63,642 nucleotides of DNA, filler included, from Octopus bimaculoides (GCF_001194135.2; 7 parts of 5 records of this genome joined end to end with filler, not necessarily neighbours in it); one strand, 5' to 3'; positions 25,416 to 39,245 are shown, counted from the whole stretch's first letter. The notes: generated by a model not told the origin, from the letters alone. Made by a program: numbers and translations.

Positions 25416-26477
25416 ATATCCAAATTCATTGTATTCAGGTTAGAGGATCAAAATTGTATACCTGTTTCACGAAACATGCATACCATTTTGGCATTAAGTG
25501 TTGAGGGGAACATTGTGATAAAAATTAATTATCAAGTCATGATAAAGCAAGTGTCGGAATCACAGTTGGGAAACGTTTTTCTGTGCATGCCATTCTACAG
25601 AATGCCACCTCTTAATTTATATTATGACATGGCAAACTAAATGAAGCAGTAAGGAATTTACACACACACACACACTCACAAACACATATGCACTAACACA
25701 CACATGTATGTATATACCTTCTGACGTAAAGTTCTGTTCTATCTGATGTTAAAAAAACACAGCCCCCCACTCTCTCTCTCTTGTTTCTGTAACCTTCGTA
25801 CGTATTTCTAATGTGATGTTTAACCTCATTGATGTTCTTTGACTTTTTTTCCCTCCCTTCATTTCCTTTAATTGTTTTAAAAGTTGAGTCACGTAGATAA
25901 AACTATTTCGCAGTTTTCGTTGAACCCTTTGCATTTTGAAGNNNNNNNNNNNNNNNNNNNNNNNNNNNNNNNNNNNNNNNNNNNNNNNNNNNNNNNNNNN
26001 NNNNNNNNNNNNNNNNNNNNNNNNNNNNNNNNNNNNNNNNNNNNNNNNNNNNNNNNNNNNNNNNNNNNNNNNNNNNNNNNNNNNNNNNNNNNNNNNNNNN
26101 NNNNNNNNNNNNNNNNNNNNNNNNNNNNNNNNNNNNNNNNNNNNNNNNNNNNNNNNNNNNNNNNNNNNNNNNNNNNNNNNNNNNNNNNNNNNNNNNNNNN
26201 NNNNNNNNNNNNNNNNNNNNNNNNNNNNNNNNNNNNNNNNNNNNNNNNNNNNNNNNNNNNNNNNNNNNNNNNNNNNNNNNNNNNNNNNNNNNNNNNNNNN
26301 NNNNNNNNNNNNNNNNNNNNNNNNNNNNNNNNNNNNNNNNNNNNNNNNNNNNNNNNNNNNNNNNNNNNNNNNNNNNNNNNNNNNNNNNNNNNNNNNNNNN
26401 NNNNNNNNNNNNNNNNNNNNNNNNNNNNNNNNNTATACATATATACATACATACATATATACATAAATACATACATT

Positions 26478-26521
<44 letters not shown>

Positions 26522-27129
26522 CGCGCGGTAGTGTGCGAGTGCAAGCGTTAATGCGTTATAAATGGTGTAGACTTTTTCAACATTTCACATTTTCGAATGA
26601 TTATCAAATTAAATGAAAACTTTCGATGTAGATATTTTTTGAAGCATCGATTATGGCTTCAAATTCCAACGATAACCGTTTCCTCGTTTTCGCTGTTATT
26701 TACCTTTATATTGCATAATAACAACATACAGCTCCAGAGATTGAAAGGTTTTTTTCTTTATCTAGTTGTGAGATAAAACTCGATAATACCTGAGTTCGGT
26801 AAGAAATCTTTCTTTTGTTAAGTTTCTAAGCGGCAAGCTAATTCCATCTTACTGATATAAATTCAATTTTAATTTGAGAAATGTTTTCACAAGAAATATA
26901 TAGTCTAGTTTGATAAGGATATGTCTCATTTATGTGGTTCCAACATAGCTTTGAATTAATGGAACTAATCTTCTGGAAACGCTATTGATATAGTTGCAGC
27001 ATAATCGTTAATGCTTCTCTTATATAATAAATACTATTTTGTTTCAAAATTGAAAATTTGAATATTTTTAAGCAGGTGTTGATAAACATGTAACAGGAAT
27101 CTCTATAGATAAAACCAAATGCACTCCGT

Positions 27130-27224
27130 ATGCATATAAACATGCATACATGCCTGCATACATACATACATACATACATACATACGTGCATACATACATA
27201 CATACATACATACATACATACGTG

Positions 27225-27257
<33 letters not shown>

Positions 27258-27275
27258 GTGTGTGTGTATGTATAT
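27130..27275. repeat. (TACA)n microsatellite
   Basis: Directly visible. Confidence 0.95.
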
Positions 27276-27276
27276 A

Positions 27277-28020
27277 CAGGCTGCAATGGGTAAATTGCCG
27301 CCATTTTATAACCTTAATTTCGCGCATGCGCAATGTTTGTTTTTGATTTTGGTGAATACACAGCATTGTAGGGGCAGTTGGGCACTATCTGTGAGAAAAA
27401 CAGCACCATGAGGCAATTCATTCTGCCAGAAATTTGGAAATGATATGCTGTACTGCTTGCCATTCGCGCCAGAAGCTCCAGTAAGAACATTTCTGAGTGT
27501 GTGGGCGTCAATCTGAGAATAGTGCAGAGGATTTGGAAAAAGTTGGATGAGTCTAAGGATAATTACGGAGGTACGGTAGCTCTAAAAAGTCACTCTGATC
27601 GTTCTGATGTGAAAAGAAGTTCTGTTGGTGAGATCCAGGCCATTATTGATAACGATCCCTCCAAGTCCATCAGCTCCATCACCAGGGACATGGGAGTGTC
27701 TGAGTTTCTTATCGGGCTATGCATGAAGACATTCAGCTAATGCATGAAGACATTCAGCTAATGCATGAAGACATTCAGTATTCCTCATACAAGATGAGAA
27801 AGGGCCAATTTTTATCCCAAGCCATCAAAGACAAGAGGAAAGACCACGCTACGACGCGTTTGAACAAACTGAAGCATCCCCACCAACCGAACATGCTTTG
27901 GTTTTTCCCAGACGAGAAACAATTCTGCTAGCCTCAGATGGGGAACTCACAGAGCAACTGTTGGCTTGCCGTGTCCCCAAAACATGTACCGAGAGTGATA
28001 AAAATCAAACATCTAGTCAA
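27277..28020 (+). pseudogene. 5' part of a DD37D (maT)-like transposon, same family as 10563-11225
   Basis: TA-cagg start; VNLRIVQRIWKKLDES, DNDPSKSI, LWFFPDEKQF, WLAVSPKHVPRVIKIK motifs. Confidence 0.85.
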
Positions 28021-28033
28021 CATATATATGTAT

Positions 28034-28034
<1 letters not shown>

Positions 28035-28069
<35 letters not shown>

Positions 28070-28265
28070 ACACACACACACACACACACACAACACACAC
28101 ACACATATCGGGCTTCTTTCAGTTTCCTTCTACCAAATCCACTCACAAGGCTTTCGTTAGCCCGAAGCTATAGGAGAAGACACTTGCTCAAGGCGCCACG
28201 TAGTGGGACTCAACCTGGAACCACGTGGTTGGGATGCAAGCTTCTTACCACAGAGTCACGCCTGC
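28035..28265 (-). mobile_element. tRNA-headed SINE 5' half plus (CA)n
   Basis: Reverse complement of the ggttgagtcccactacgtggcgccttgagcaag head. Confidence 0.8.
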
Positions 28266-30689
28266 GCTTATGAACATGTTTTATTAAAATCTATGTTCAA
28301 TGTTAATAATTTTATTAAAGTTATTTTGTATTTTCATACCAGCCACATTTAGTACGTTTGGGAAAATAAAGTTCCTAAATTTATCTTCCTCGAAGTTTCT
28401 AGATTATCGCAGTCTCATCTTAATTATGTCGAGTAGTTTGGCTTCTGTACTACCCGCTGGGTAAGTAACTGTCTCAGGTCTATACAGATGTTCGTGCTAG
28501 AATTTGACCTGTAGAGCGTTAGATTTCTAATTCATCGGATTTCTGACGAATGAATGCTGTATGTTAAATGCAGTCTCGTAGTCTTGTTATTGGTCCCATA
28601 ATCGCCAGATTCACTGGGGAATTCTATGAAAGTATGAAAGTATTTCCTGCAAATATTTTCCTTTTCCGTATGCGTATATGTGACTGTGTGAGTAGGTGAG
28701 AGAAAGAGACAGAGATAGATTCGATGATGTACACAAACAATCACATCCGGGAACAGTGAGGAGACGAAATAAAATCGAGATAGAATTTTGATATTTTAAA
28801 CCATTAGTAGGAAAAGGAAAGACAAAATGAGAGTTGTTGTGAAGGAAAATGAAAATGCTAAGTATGCTGTATCGTTGGATGCGTGTTAAAGGCTCTTCAA
28901 ACTGAAGTTACGAGCTAGGTCTCTACAGCTTATCAAAGGGGTTTTATTTTCACGTTGTAGGCTTATGCGTCACCAGGCAAATAGCTATTGTTAGAGCATT
29001 TACAAAATAATGATAAAATAATGTGAATTCAATTCGGTGGTAATACGGAAACCCTGCGTGTACAACAGCTAATCTTCCGTCTTAAAACAGCCCATCCATC
29101 TGGGATTAATAATCACCTTGTTCCCTTTTAGCAGCAGCATTGCCTTATACAAACATTCTCCCTAAGCACACACAGACACACACACACACACACACACACG
29201 CATATACACTAGCACACGCGCACACTGACACGTGCACCGCATACACACACACACAAAGATAGAATGTTTGCTCTCAAATTTTATCAGACTTCACCAAATT
29301 ACACACGCGTAATATATACACACACACATATATATACATACATAGATAACGTACTATCGGCGTTGATCTCCCTTGCTAGTAAAACAAACTTTTGCCTGTA
29401 AAACTCTGTTACATTCTGCGCAATTGCTTTAACTATTTCATTATCTTGTGTACTGTCCATAAGGGAATTTTACAAATCATTCCTCATCCTATTTTTCTCT
29501 TCTTTGCTTGTGCTTGATGAAGGACCAACAATCGAAATTTAAACTCATTTCTGTTAATTCCTAACGTCGTAAAACTAATTTTATTTTACTATTTTGTATG
29601 TAATTTTATAATTTTTTGTTGTTCTTTGCTGATATTTACTATCGATGGAATAAACGGCAATGTTAACGTACGGTACGGACGTTCGATTTCTGCTGGATTG
29701 CCTATTATTTTCTCGTTCATTGTACATTGCTATCTGAACACTCGAAGTAAATTCTCGATATATTTTCGTTTCATTCGTTTCTTTTTTCTGTTATTGTTTG
29801 CGAAATATATCTACACATTTCCTTTAATCAACTTCTTTTCGCAATCATATAATCTCTCTGTCTATTCAGGCACCACAAATCCTTGTGATAGCTCCTCTTA
29901 TGGTATAGAATACAGTATCCTGTGTCCTAATACTACATCCATGTTAAGTTGGCGATCAAGATTTCCTTTTGGTACCAATACTGCTTTTGACGTAATTCGT
30001 TATATTTTTTAAGAAGCCCCCTGTCTATTTGCAACAGCACTGCCTGAGTCGGTACTCACATTCTATTCACTTTCCTTCACACAAGGGCACATATGGAGAC
30101 ACACGTCCACACATATGGAGATGCACATCCATACNNNNNNNNNNACACACACACACACGCACATACACACACACACACATACACACACGCACACACACAC
30201 AAACACATAAAACACACAAACATGGGCATGCAAACACATATTTTCTAAGCAATGACCGAGTCTCTATTTGCTGTCCAGCAATGTTTATTCAGATGCATTT
30301 TGTGATGTCGGGGGGCGAACATACCATAAGCTAAGCCTGAAAGCAATGAATCAAAAAAGAATCATCCATAACTTGCAGTAAGCAACATTTATTAAAATAA
30401 AAGTATTCAGAACACAGAATAACATGTAACAAAAACAATTTGCAAACATATTTACATTCTCATATAACAGTTAAGAACATCACCATTATTGTATAGTGAC
30501 AAATATGTAAAGGCAATTTACTTAATATTTATTTTTCACTGATGTTATTACTGTTATTTCTTTATTTTCTGAAAACAAAGTGCACAAAAACGCTACACAT
30601 TTGCATTATGTTATATATACAATAATAATAAAGGGCGTTACCATATATATGTTTACAAACCAAGGACGTTATATAGACCTCCTTGACTC

Positions 30690-30803
30690 AAGTTAGAGAA
30701 GGGGTGCGTATTATACACAAGGTTTAGATTTTTCAGAAGTACATCCCCCTAAAAATCCCCTGCGTATTATACTCAAGGGCAGACTATATTCGAGGATTTA
30801 CTA
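30690..30803. mobile_element. pogo/Tigger-like terminal region
   Basis: ggtgcgtattatac subterminal repeats and gcagactatattcgaggatttac end followed by TA. Confidence 0.55.
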
Positions 30804-31616
30804 TACATACAAATGTACACACAAACAAACAGATACATATGCACACACACATGCATGCATACACACGCATGCATACATACATACAAGCATGCATTTATAG
30901 GCATACACACACATACACTGATCCACACACATGCGCACAAACAAACAGAAAGGAATGCAGTGTGAGTAACGGACAGAGCCAAATCTATTGGAAAGGCTGC
31001 AAAACTCAACGAAAATTTCAGAAAAAATAAAAAAAGAAATAAGTAGAAATTTTACCGGTGAGTGTGTTATATTATAAGGCACCAAAAGAGAATGACTCTC
31101 ACCAGACACAACAGAATTCTATATATCGTTGACAGGAAATTCGGTTGATATCGCGCTGCTGGACATCTGTCACAGAGGAACCCACAGCAGGGTGAAGTGA
31201 TATGATCTGGTAGTTCCGGCTGCCGTTGCAATCATGTGCACATAAATGTAAATAGGAACACACACAAAATGCATAACGTATATGTGGTCATGTTAGTCAG
31301 TGTATGTGCGTGTGTGTATGTGCGTGTGTGTCTGTGCGTGTGTGTGCGTGTGTGTGTGTCTATGTGCACATACTATTCATGGACAAGCACAGGTGTATAT
31401 TTATAAATTCGAATTAATGCAAGGGAGATGATAATTAGGAGTTGTTTCCTGACATTTATATTTATTCGCTTATACTAAACTCTCACACGATCTCACGTGA
31501 CTTCGTCGCAGTTTCATCCAAGGTGGAGACGACAACAACGTCACATATGGCAGGCTTGATAATTGTTGAGATTTCCCTTGGCATAAAAAAATGGTAGTCT
31601 TGTTAACTCACGAATA

Positions 31617-31649
<33 letters not shown>

Positions 31650-32516
31650 NNNNNNNNNNNNNNNNNNNNNNNNNNNNNNNNNNNNNNNNNNNNNNNNNNN
31701 NNNNNNNNNNNNNNNNNNNNNNNNNNNNNNNNNNNNNNNNNNNNNNNNNNNNNNNNNNNNNNNNNNNNNNNNNNNNNNNNNNNNNNNNNNNNNNNNNNNN
31801 NNNNNNNNNNNNNNNNNNNNNNNNNNNNNNNNNNNNNNNNNNNNNNNNNNNNNNNNNNNNNNNNNNNNNNNNNNNNNNNNNNNNNNNNNNNNNNNNNNNN
31901 NNNNNNNNNNNNNNNNNNNNNNNNNNNNNNNNNNNNNNNNNNNNNNNNNNNNNNNNNNNNNNNNNNNNNNNNNNNNNNNNNNNNNNNNNNNNNNNNNNNN
32001 NNNNNNNNNNNNNNNNNNNNNNNNNNNNNNNNNNNNNNNNNNNNNNNNNNNNNNNNNNNNNNNNNNNNNNNNNNNNNNNNNNNNNNNNNNNNNNNNNNNN
32101 NNNNNNNNNNNNNNNNNNNNNNNNNNNNNNNNNNNNNNNNNNNNNNNNNNNNNNNNNNNNNNNNNNNNNNNNNNNNNNNNNNNNNNNNNNNNNNNNNNNN
32201 NNNNNNNNNNNNNNNNNNNNNNNNNNNNNNNNNNNNNNNNNNNNNNNNNNNNNNNNNNNNNNNNNNNNNNNNNNNNNNNNNNNNNNNNNNNNNNNNNNNN
32301 NNNNNNNNNNNNNNNNNNNNNNNNNNNNNNNNNNNNNNNNNNNNNNNNNNNNNNNNNNNNNNNNNNNNNNNNNNNNNNNNNNNNNNNNNNNNNNNNNNNN
32401 NNNNNNNNNNNNNNNNNNNNNNNNNNNNNNNNNNNNNNNNNNNNNNNNNNNNNNNNNNNNNNNNNNNNNATCAACTAACAATAAATAACAAATGAATTTA
32501 TATATATACATGCACA

Positions 32517-32568
<52 letters not shown>

Positions 32569-32689
32569 GATACTGAGATAAATCTCGGTCAAAATTGGCC
32601 TAGGCAATTACTAGTTTAATAACACGACCTGGAAAAGAAATTTAATGATGTTTCATATTACAGTTATTCATTGGGCACAATAGCTCATT

Positions 32690-32870
32690 CTAAAAGAGAG
32701 TTATTGTTTGCAGGGATATATCCGGGTGTAGACGAGTTATCTAGAATTTGTTGGAGATATTCGTCCAGGAACTTTTGAATATTACGAGATCTTTTCCTTC
32801 TTATGTGTTGGCATGGCGTTAAAGACAGTGGGGCCAGTTGAATAGCTTGTGTTCAATTTACTTCCGGTAT
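32690..32870 (-). pseudogene. 3' end of a CR1/Jockey-group LINE ORF2
   Basis: STGPTVFNAMPTH / QKFLDEYLQQILDNSSTPGYIPANNNSLLE. Confidence 0.7.
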
Positions 32871-33129
32871 GTGATTTTGATAAACCACAAAATGACGAAA
32901 CACCGATGTTTATCGTTCCTGAATGGGACCCGGGATGAGGTGTGTCGCCTGTCCATGACTTTGACTTTCAGGTGTTTTAACATCCGTCGCTTTGAGAGAG
33001 TCATCTCCGCCGTGTCACTTCGTAGCTGACCGGCGAACAAGCAAAGCACATACATTGAGTATTTGTGGTTGATAATGTCTACAACACTCGCATTGCTTCT
33101 ATTCATATTTGAATATATATATAGACGCA

Positions 33130-33270
33130 CACACTGATATAGCAGCCGGATGTTTTTATAATAACTATATGTATTTTCGCAATCGTGTCCAGATTTTTCG
33201 GCTAGTTGTTCCATGATGGTAAAGATAGCAGGGCCAGTTGAACATCTTGTGTTAAATCCACCTCCGTTTT
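33130..33270 (-). pseudogene. Second, more decayed copy of the same LINE 3' end
   Basis: About 60-bp degenerate direct repeat of 32805-32866; [15 protein letters not shown]. Confidence 0.5.
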
Positions 33271-33315
33271 TCTGCTCCCATCCCATGTCTATAAATCTAT
33301 TTTACTGTTACGCAT

Positions 33316-33316
<1 letters not shown>

Positions 33317-33384
<68 letters not shown>

Positions 33385-33439
33385 GACCTAACTACCTACC
33401 TACCTACCTACCTTGTCTGCCTGTCTGTCTGTCTGGATG

Positions 33440-33470
<31 letters not shown>

Positions 33471-33480
33471 ATCTATCTAT
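33317..33480. repeat. (TATC)n compound microsatellite
   Basis: Directly visible. Confidence 0.95.
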
Positions 33481-34422
33481 ATTATGTTCCTTTATTTTAT
33501 GCAAGATTAAACACAACGGCACAACATATGGCATTTACAAATGAAGGAGATTCCGTACAAATAGATGTATCAAATTCTTTATAAAATTAATTTTCAATGG
33601 GGCTTCACGTTTTATCTAAATGTTTATTGAAACGGAAGTTTCAATTTACTTTTCCAAGTTTTTATACAGAAAAATTAGAAAGCCTCATGTTAAGAATCTG
33701 CCATCGATGTTGTTATGTAGAATGACGAGATGGCTTCCATAGGAAAGAAGAGAAATATTTAATTGTATGAGATAAAGGATAAAATTTTGCAAAAAATAAA
33801 AAATATAAAAGACAAGGAGATGTTAGTGATGGATGTGAGCAGAAAAAATAAAACTGTAAGTGACTTTAGGTTTAGTTGAATAGACAACCCACTCGGTTGG
33901 TTTTTGCTAATGGATTTATTAAGCTATTTAAAAACATATATGATGAAGGAACGTGAAACTGATTTTGATGTTTTGTAATATGTGTGGAATGGAGTGAGTA
34001 TGAACATGGCGTTTATTTTTTTAACATCGTCTGAATATAGCGTTTATTTTTGAATGTAATTATGCTCGTATGTCAGTGTGTAATTGTTACCCAACTTTTA
34101 TAATGCATGTGTATATCTAGGCGTCTGTGTATGTTTGTGCGCGTAAGTTTGTGTCTGCGCATGCATGTGTGTGTGTGTTCGTGTTTGTGAGAACCTGGCT
34201 GTGTGTGAGGCGGTGTATTTGTGCGTGTCATTATAATGAATTAGGCTTAAGTTTCTCGCGTTATATATTTTATGTTCTACGTAATCGCATTAAGCGTATT
34301 TTAAACGTTCTATATAGTTATGTAACATACCCTCGTATTTTGTATGTTCCTTATAACTGTATTAAGTGTATACCAGCATATTTTATCTGTTCTGTATTCT
34401 TGCATTAAGAGAATATCATCAA

Positions 34423-34511
<89 letters not shown>

Positions 34512-35584
34512 TTTATATCTACAACATATATACCTGTATATTTGGCAAGTTGTTTATACTTCTTATTCCAGTATATTCTATATGTTGTATAAAACACTCT
34601 TACGTCCATACCAGCATAATTTGTATATAATCTATAGTTCTTGAAATTATAGACCAGTATATTTTTCATGTTCTGTTATAATTCCATTAAGTATATACCA
34701 GTATATTTTACGTGGCGTAGATAATTCTAAGTATACAGCGGTATACATCATGTATAATTGTATTACGCATTATCAGTATATTCTGTGTTTGTTACGAGTA
34801 TATTTACTTATATTTGTATGCTTATATGTAAGCATGTGTGTAAAAGTGTAATTGTGTTATCTGTGCGGTGTTTGTGCATCTGTATATATCTATATGTTAA
34901 GATACTTAGATTTTTTGAAATCGTAAAAGGATATTTAAAGTAAAAGTATTAAGTATTAAGTATTTTAAAGAATAGTTTTCCCCAAGGATTGAATTAAAAT
35001 TTTCTTGAAATATTTATCATATGTGCTATATAATTCTATTTAATATATATATTTGCATGCTTTGCTTAGAATTGTTTGGGTTTAAATTTATTATGCGGTT
35101 GTGAAGCACGCTCGTTTAGACATTTAATATTTTATCCAAAAATATTTATTTCATATATGCGTACGCTATACAAATATGTGATGTGAAGTTATGGCATATA
35201 TTTTCATGTAACAGTGCATATATGTGAACGTTTGTATGGATTTGGTCATTGGTAGAGCATCGAGAGCATTGCTTCCAAACGTGAGGTCCTAGGGTTTATC
35301 TCAATGCCTGGCATTTTGGACAAGGTGTCTTTGTACGATCTCCGTTAGACGCAAGTATTTTGAGAAAACTTAGGCCAAGAAGACCACCTAGCAATTTGCT
35401 CCAACGATGACACCGGGCTGAAAGAAGTCAGTGATTCCAAGTCCCTTGGTTCCTTGTTTACAGATTGTAAGAAAGGCAGGGACGATGCTGGAGTATGTCT
35501 AACAGCTTCAAAATATATGACAATCAAGTATTTTGAACTCCAGAAGGCTTTCCTTGCTCACAAAATGTGTAGAGAATATTCTTT

Positions 35585-36008
35585 CATACTCTAGGCACAA
35601 GGCCCGAAATCTGTGGGGAGGGAGCCAGTCGATTAAGTCGACCCCAGTACGTAACTGGTACTTACTTTATCGACCCCGAAAGGATGAAAGGCAAAGTCGA
35701 CCTCGGTGGAATTAGAATTCAGAACGCAAAGACAGACGCAATACCGCTAAGCAATTCGTCCGACGTGATAACGTTTCTTATTTCGTTATTGCCCACAAGG
35801 GGCTAAACATAGAGGGGACAAACAAGGACAGACAAAGGGATTAAGTCGATTACATCGACGCCAGTGCGTACCTGGAACTTAATTTATCGACCTCGAAAGG
35901 ATGAAAGGCAAAGTCGACCTCGGCTGAATTTGAACTCAGAACACAAAGACAGATACAATACCACTAAGCATTTCGCCAGGCGTGCTAACGTTTCTGCTAG
36001 TTCACCGC
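35585..36008 (-). mobile_element. Two tandem copies of a tRNA-derived SINE
   Basis: Reverse-complement A-box/B-box head (ggcagaaacg...gagttcaaattc) as at 56655-56830. Confidence 0.85.
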
Positions 36009-36520
36009 CTATACGTAGGGACTATTGACGAAGAATGATCTTCGCGATTGTTTTGATGGGCCACAGCACAGTTCTCTCGCAGCAGAGTTAAGACATCTCA
36101 TGGCATCCGCACAAGAGCAAAGACAATTTTTCTGAACACATTCCGCCCATCTATGCTGATATTGCTTAACGTAGATTAAATCTTGCTAGTCATTACTATC
36201 ATGCTGAACAACACACCATATTAGATGTTATATTTTGAATATTCCTGTAACCTAACAGACAACGAATACTACTCAACTGGATGGACGTTATTGGCTGGGA
36301 TACACAACATGAATATGGGGTTCTGCTAAATAAGAATTGGGATAGGACATTGATTGTTCAGTACTGTGAGTGGTGTGTCGGTTGTAATCGCTGGAAGAAG
36401 AAAATCAGGTTACAGAAAATTGTGAGAAAAGCCATAGAAAAGATTGTAGTTGGAGTTCAAAGGTAAAGCCAGTGTACTGTTTCGAGTGTATTTCCCCCAC
36501 GAGAATTAAGTTAAGTTGTG

Positions 36521-36702
36521 GTTGTTGGTGCTCCGTCGCTTACGACGACGAGGGTTCCAGTTGATCCGATCAACGGAACAGCCTGCTCGTGAAATTAACG
36601 TGCAAGTGGCTGAGCACTCCACAGACACGTGTACTCTTAACGTAGTTCTCGGGGAGATTNNNNNNNNNNTCCGCTGCCCTAACCACTGGGCCATTGCGCC
36701 TC
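36521..36702 (-). mobile_element. tRNA-headed SINE (second family), middle hidden by a gap
   Basis: Matches 39911-40210 and 63376-63595. Confidence 0.85.
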
Positions 36703-36971
36703 TAAGTTAAGTATATCCATCCATATCTGCAAAATACTCAGGCGCTTCATGCGCTCAGTCAATGAGTAGATATTGCAGTAAATCAAAAACTCTATAGTGC
36801 ATCGTTGGAATCCAGGGTAGTCTGTTGATGAATTAAATTTAACCCTGTTTTTATATGATGTCTGTTGCTTAATCTGCCAGTCACATTTTGCAGAACCTCA
36901 AGCTTACGGACACATAAGCAAGCCAAACGAGCTGTCAGGCGGTAAGAGACAAACAGAAACACGTAGACACA

Positions 36972-37003
<32 letters not shown>

Positions 37004-38084
37004 TACACACACNNNNNNNNNNNNNNNNNNNNNNNNNNNNNNNNNNNNNNNNNNNNNNNNNNNNNNNNNNNNNNNNNNNNNNNNNNNNNNNNNNNNNNNN
37101 NNNNNNNNNNNNNNNNNNNNNNNNNNNNNNNNNNNNNNNNNNNNNNNNNNNNNNNNNNNNNNNNNNNNNNNNNNNNNNNNNNNNNNNNNNNNNNNNNNNN
37201 NNNNNNNNNNNNNNNNNNNNNNNNNNNNNNNNNNNNACACACACAAACAAACTCAGACGCACGCACTCACACACAGACACACACAAATACACGCACAAAT
37301 ACACTTAAAAACAAGCGAGCACACACACACAGACACACAGAGACACAGACAAAGACACAGAAACCCACCACACACAAACACACACACATATACACACACA
37401 TACACACACCATGCAGACACCTACACGTACATACAGGCAAGAATACGTACAGCAGATTACTGCATTGCTTCCATTTCACAATTTCCCACATAAGGCATAT
37501 TACATTACTTGCAAAAAAGAAACAAAAGTGATCAAGACGTATATATAGCGATAATATAAAATAGCTAAATGTTTTCATGACATATTTTTCAATACAAGAA
37601 AAAGAAATATAGTGAGGTTTCTTGTAAAATAAACATCAACGATTGCGTACGACTCGGAAAAAATATAGTAAAAATCGTACGATGTGCATTTCGGAAAAAA
37701 ATATAACGAAAACTAAATGAATAAACAAAACGATAGCAATAATATAAATTGTTCAATGAGTTTTAAAGAAAAACGAGCGAAAGTTATGAAAATATGGAAA
37801 AATGAATCAGGAACTTGCTAAGTAAAAGAAATGGAAATACGCCAATAAAAATTGCTAAAAAACAAGCTGTTTTATATTTTCTTTCCGCTGATATTTAAAT
37901 TACAAAAAAATGCCTTCATGGTGTACTATTCTCTATTGAATTGTAAGAAAATTTCAGAAGTGTCGAATATCATCTGTACAAGATTGTTACAAAATTATTT
38001 TACTTTCTCGGTCGCCATTTTTCTCTTCTCTTCAAATATTTCGTGTTCAGTGACAAAGCCAAATGGGTTCGAAATTGGCGTTAA

Positions 38085-38136
<52 letters not shown>

Positions 38137-38419
38137 ATGTGTGTGCATGTGTGTGCAAGTGGGGAGGGTCATTTTCCCGCAACATATGCTGTTGTCACAC
38201 CACCAACGACATCGCTCTTATCGCGTCATTGTCATCATTATAACCAGAGACGTCATAGTCATCCAAGACATCCTCCACCCCATTCAACTTTTTACCCTTC
38301 CTTCTCCCCTTCCTCTTCCTTATCAGCATCATCATCATCATCATTAGTAGCAGCTACAACACTAGCAGCAAGAGAGAATTCATGATTGATTTTCATGACA
38401 GACAGTGACGTATACAATT

Positions 38420-38441
38420 CCACCACCACCACCACCAGCTT

Positions 38442-38505
<64 letters not shown>

Positions 38506-38530
38506 GCAGCTGCTTCTGCTGCTGCTGCTG

Positions 38531-38561
<31 letters not shown>

Positions 38562-38601
38562 AACTGCTGCTGCTGCTGCTTCTGCTGTACTGCTGCTGCT
38601 G

Positions 38602-38643
<42 letters not shown>

Positions 38644-38700
38644 AGATGATGATGATGACGACGACGACGACGGTGACGGTGACAGCGGTGATGACAACAA
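38420..38700. repeat. Compound trinucleotide tract (CCA)(CTA)(CTG)(GAT)(GAC)
   Basis: Directly visible. Confidence 0.95.
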
Positions 38701-38918
38701 CTTCTAGAAACACCAAAACGAGCTCCATCAACATTATTATTATTGCATAGTGCAAATGGACAAATTCCGCAATTTGGTCATTAGTCTAAAATTCATATGA
38801 AACTAATAGTTGCACACATTAAATCCCAGAAATTGAATATTTTCAACAAACCTAATACAAACTCACAACAACCACTTATATTTATACATTTATATGCGTC
38901 TGTGTGTGTATATATATC

Positions 38919-39211
38919 CAGTACTCCCTCTCCATATCGCGGTTCACCTATCGCTGTTCACCTATCGCTGTTCACCTATCGCTGTTCAACTATCGCTGTT
39001 CACCTATCGCTGTTCACCTATCGCGGTTTATTATTTAACCTTACATCGACTCCTCCGTGGTGTTGTGTTGCATCTATAATAAAATAAATATATGCAAATT
39101 ATAAAAAGAATAAAAAAAAAATATGCAATACAGTAATGGTTCTACTTTGCGGACTTTTACCTATCGCGGGGATTTTTGAACGTAAAACCCGCGATAGTCG
39201 AGGGATTAGTG
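38919..39211. mobile_element. Tigger/pogo-like MITE with 6 x 14-bp internal tandem repeat
   Basis: TIRs cagtactccctctccatatcgcgg / ccgcgatagtcgagggattagtg; gttcacctatcgct x6 at 38942-39025. Confidence 0.75.
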
Positions 39212-39245
39212 GATATATATACATACATACTTACATATATATATA

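Noticed and set aside
25749-32607. Long ORFs in the track (for example 334, 290 and 235 aa)
   Set aside because: Made of N-runs and dinucleotide repeats
32858-33286. 142-aa minus-strand ORF
   Set aside because: N-terminus is a LINE remnant and the rest is motif-free; likely a chance read-through
37852-38755. ORFs with poly-T/L/V/H runs (and similar ones at 46.2, 48.1, 51, 53.6 and 58.4 kb)
   Set aside because: Translations of trinucleotide microsatellites with no splice or homology support
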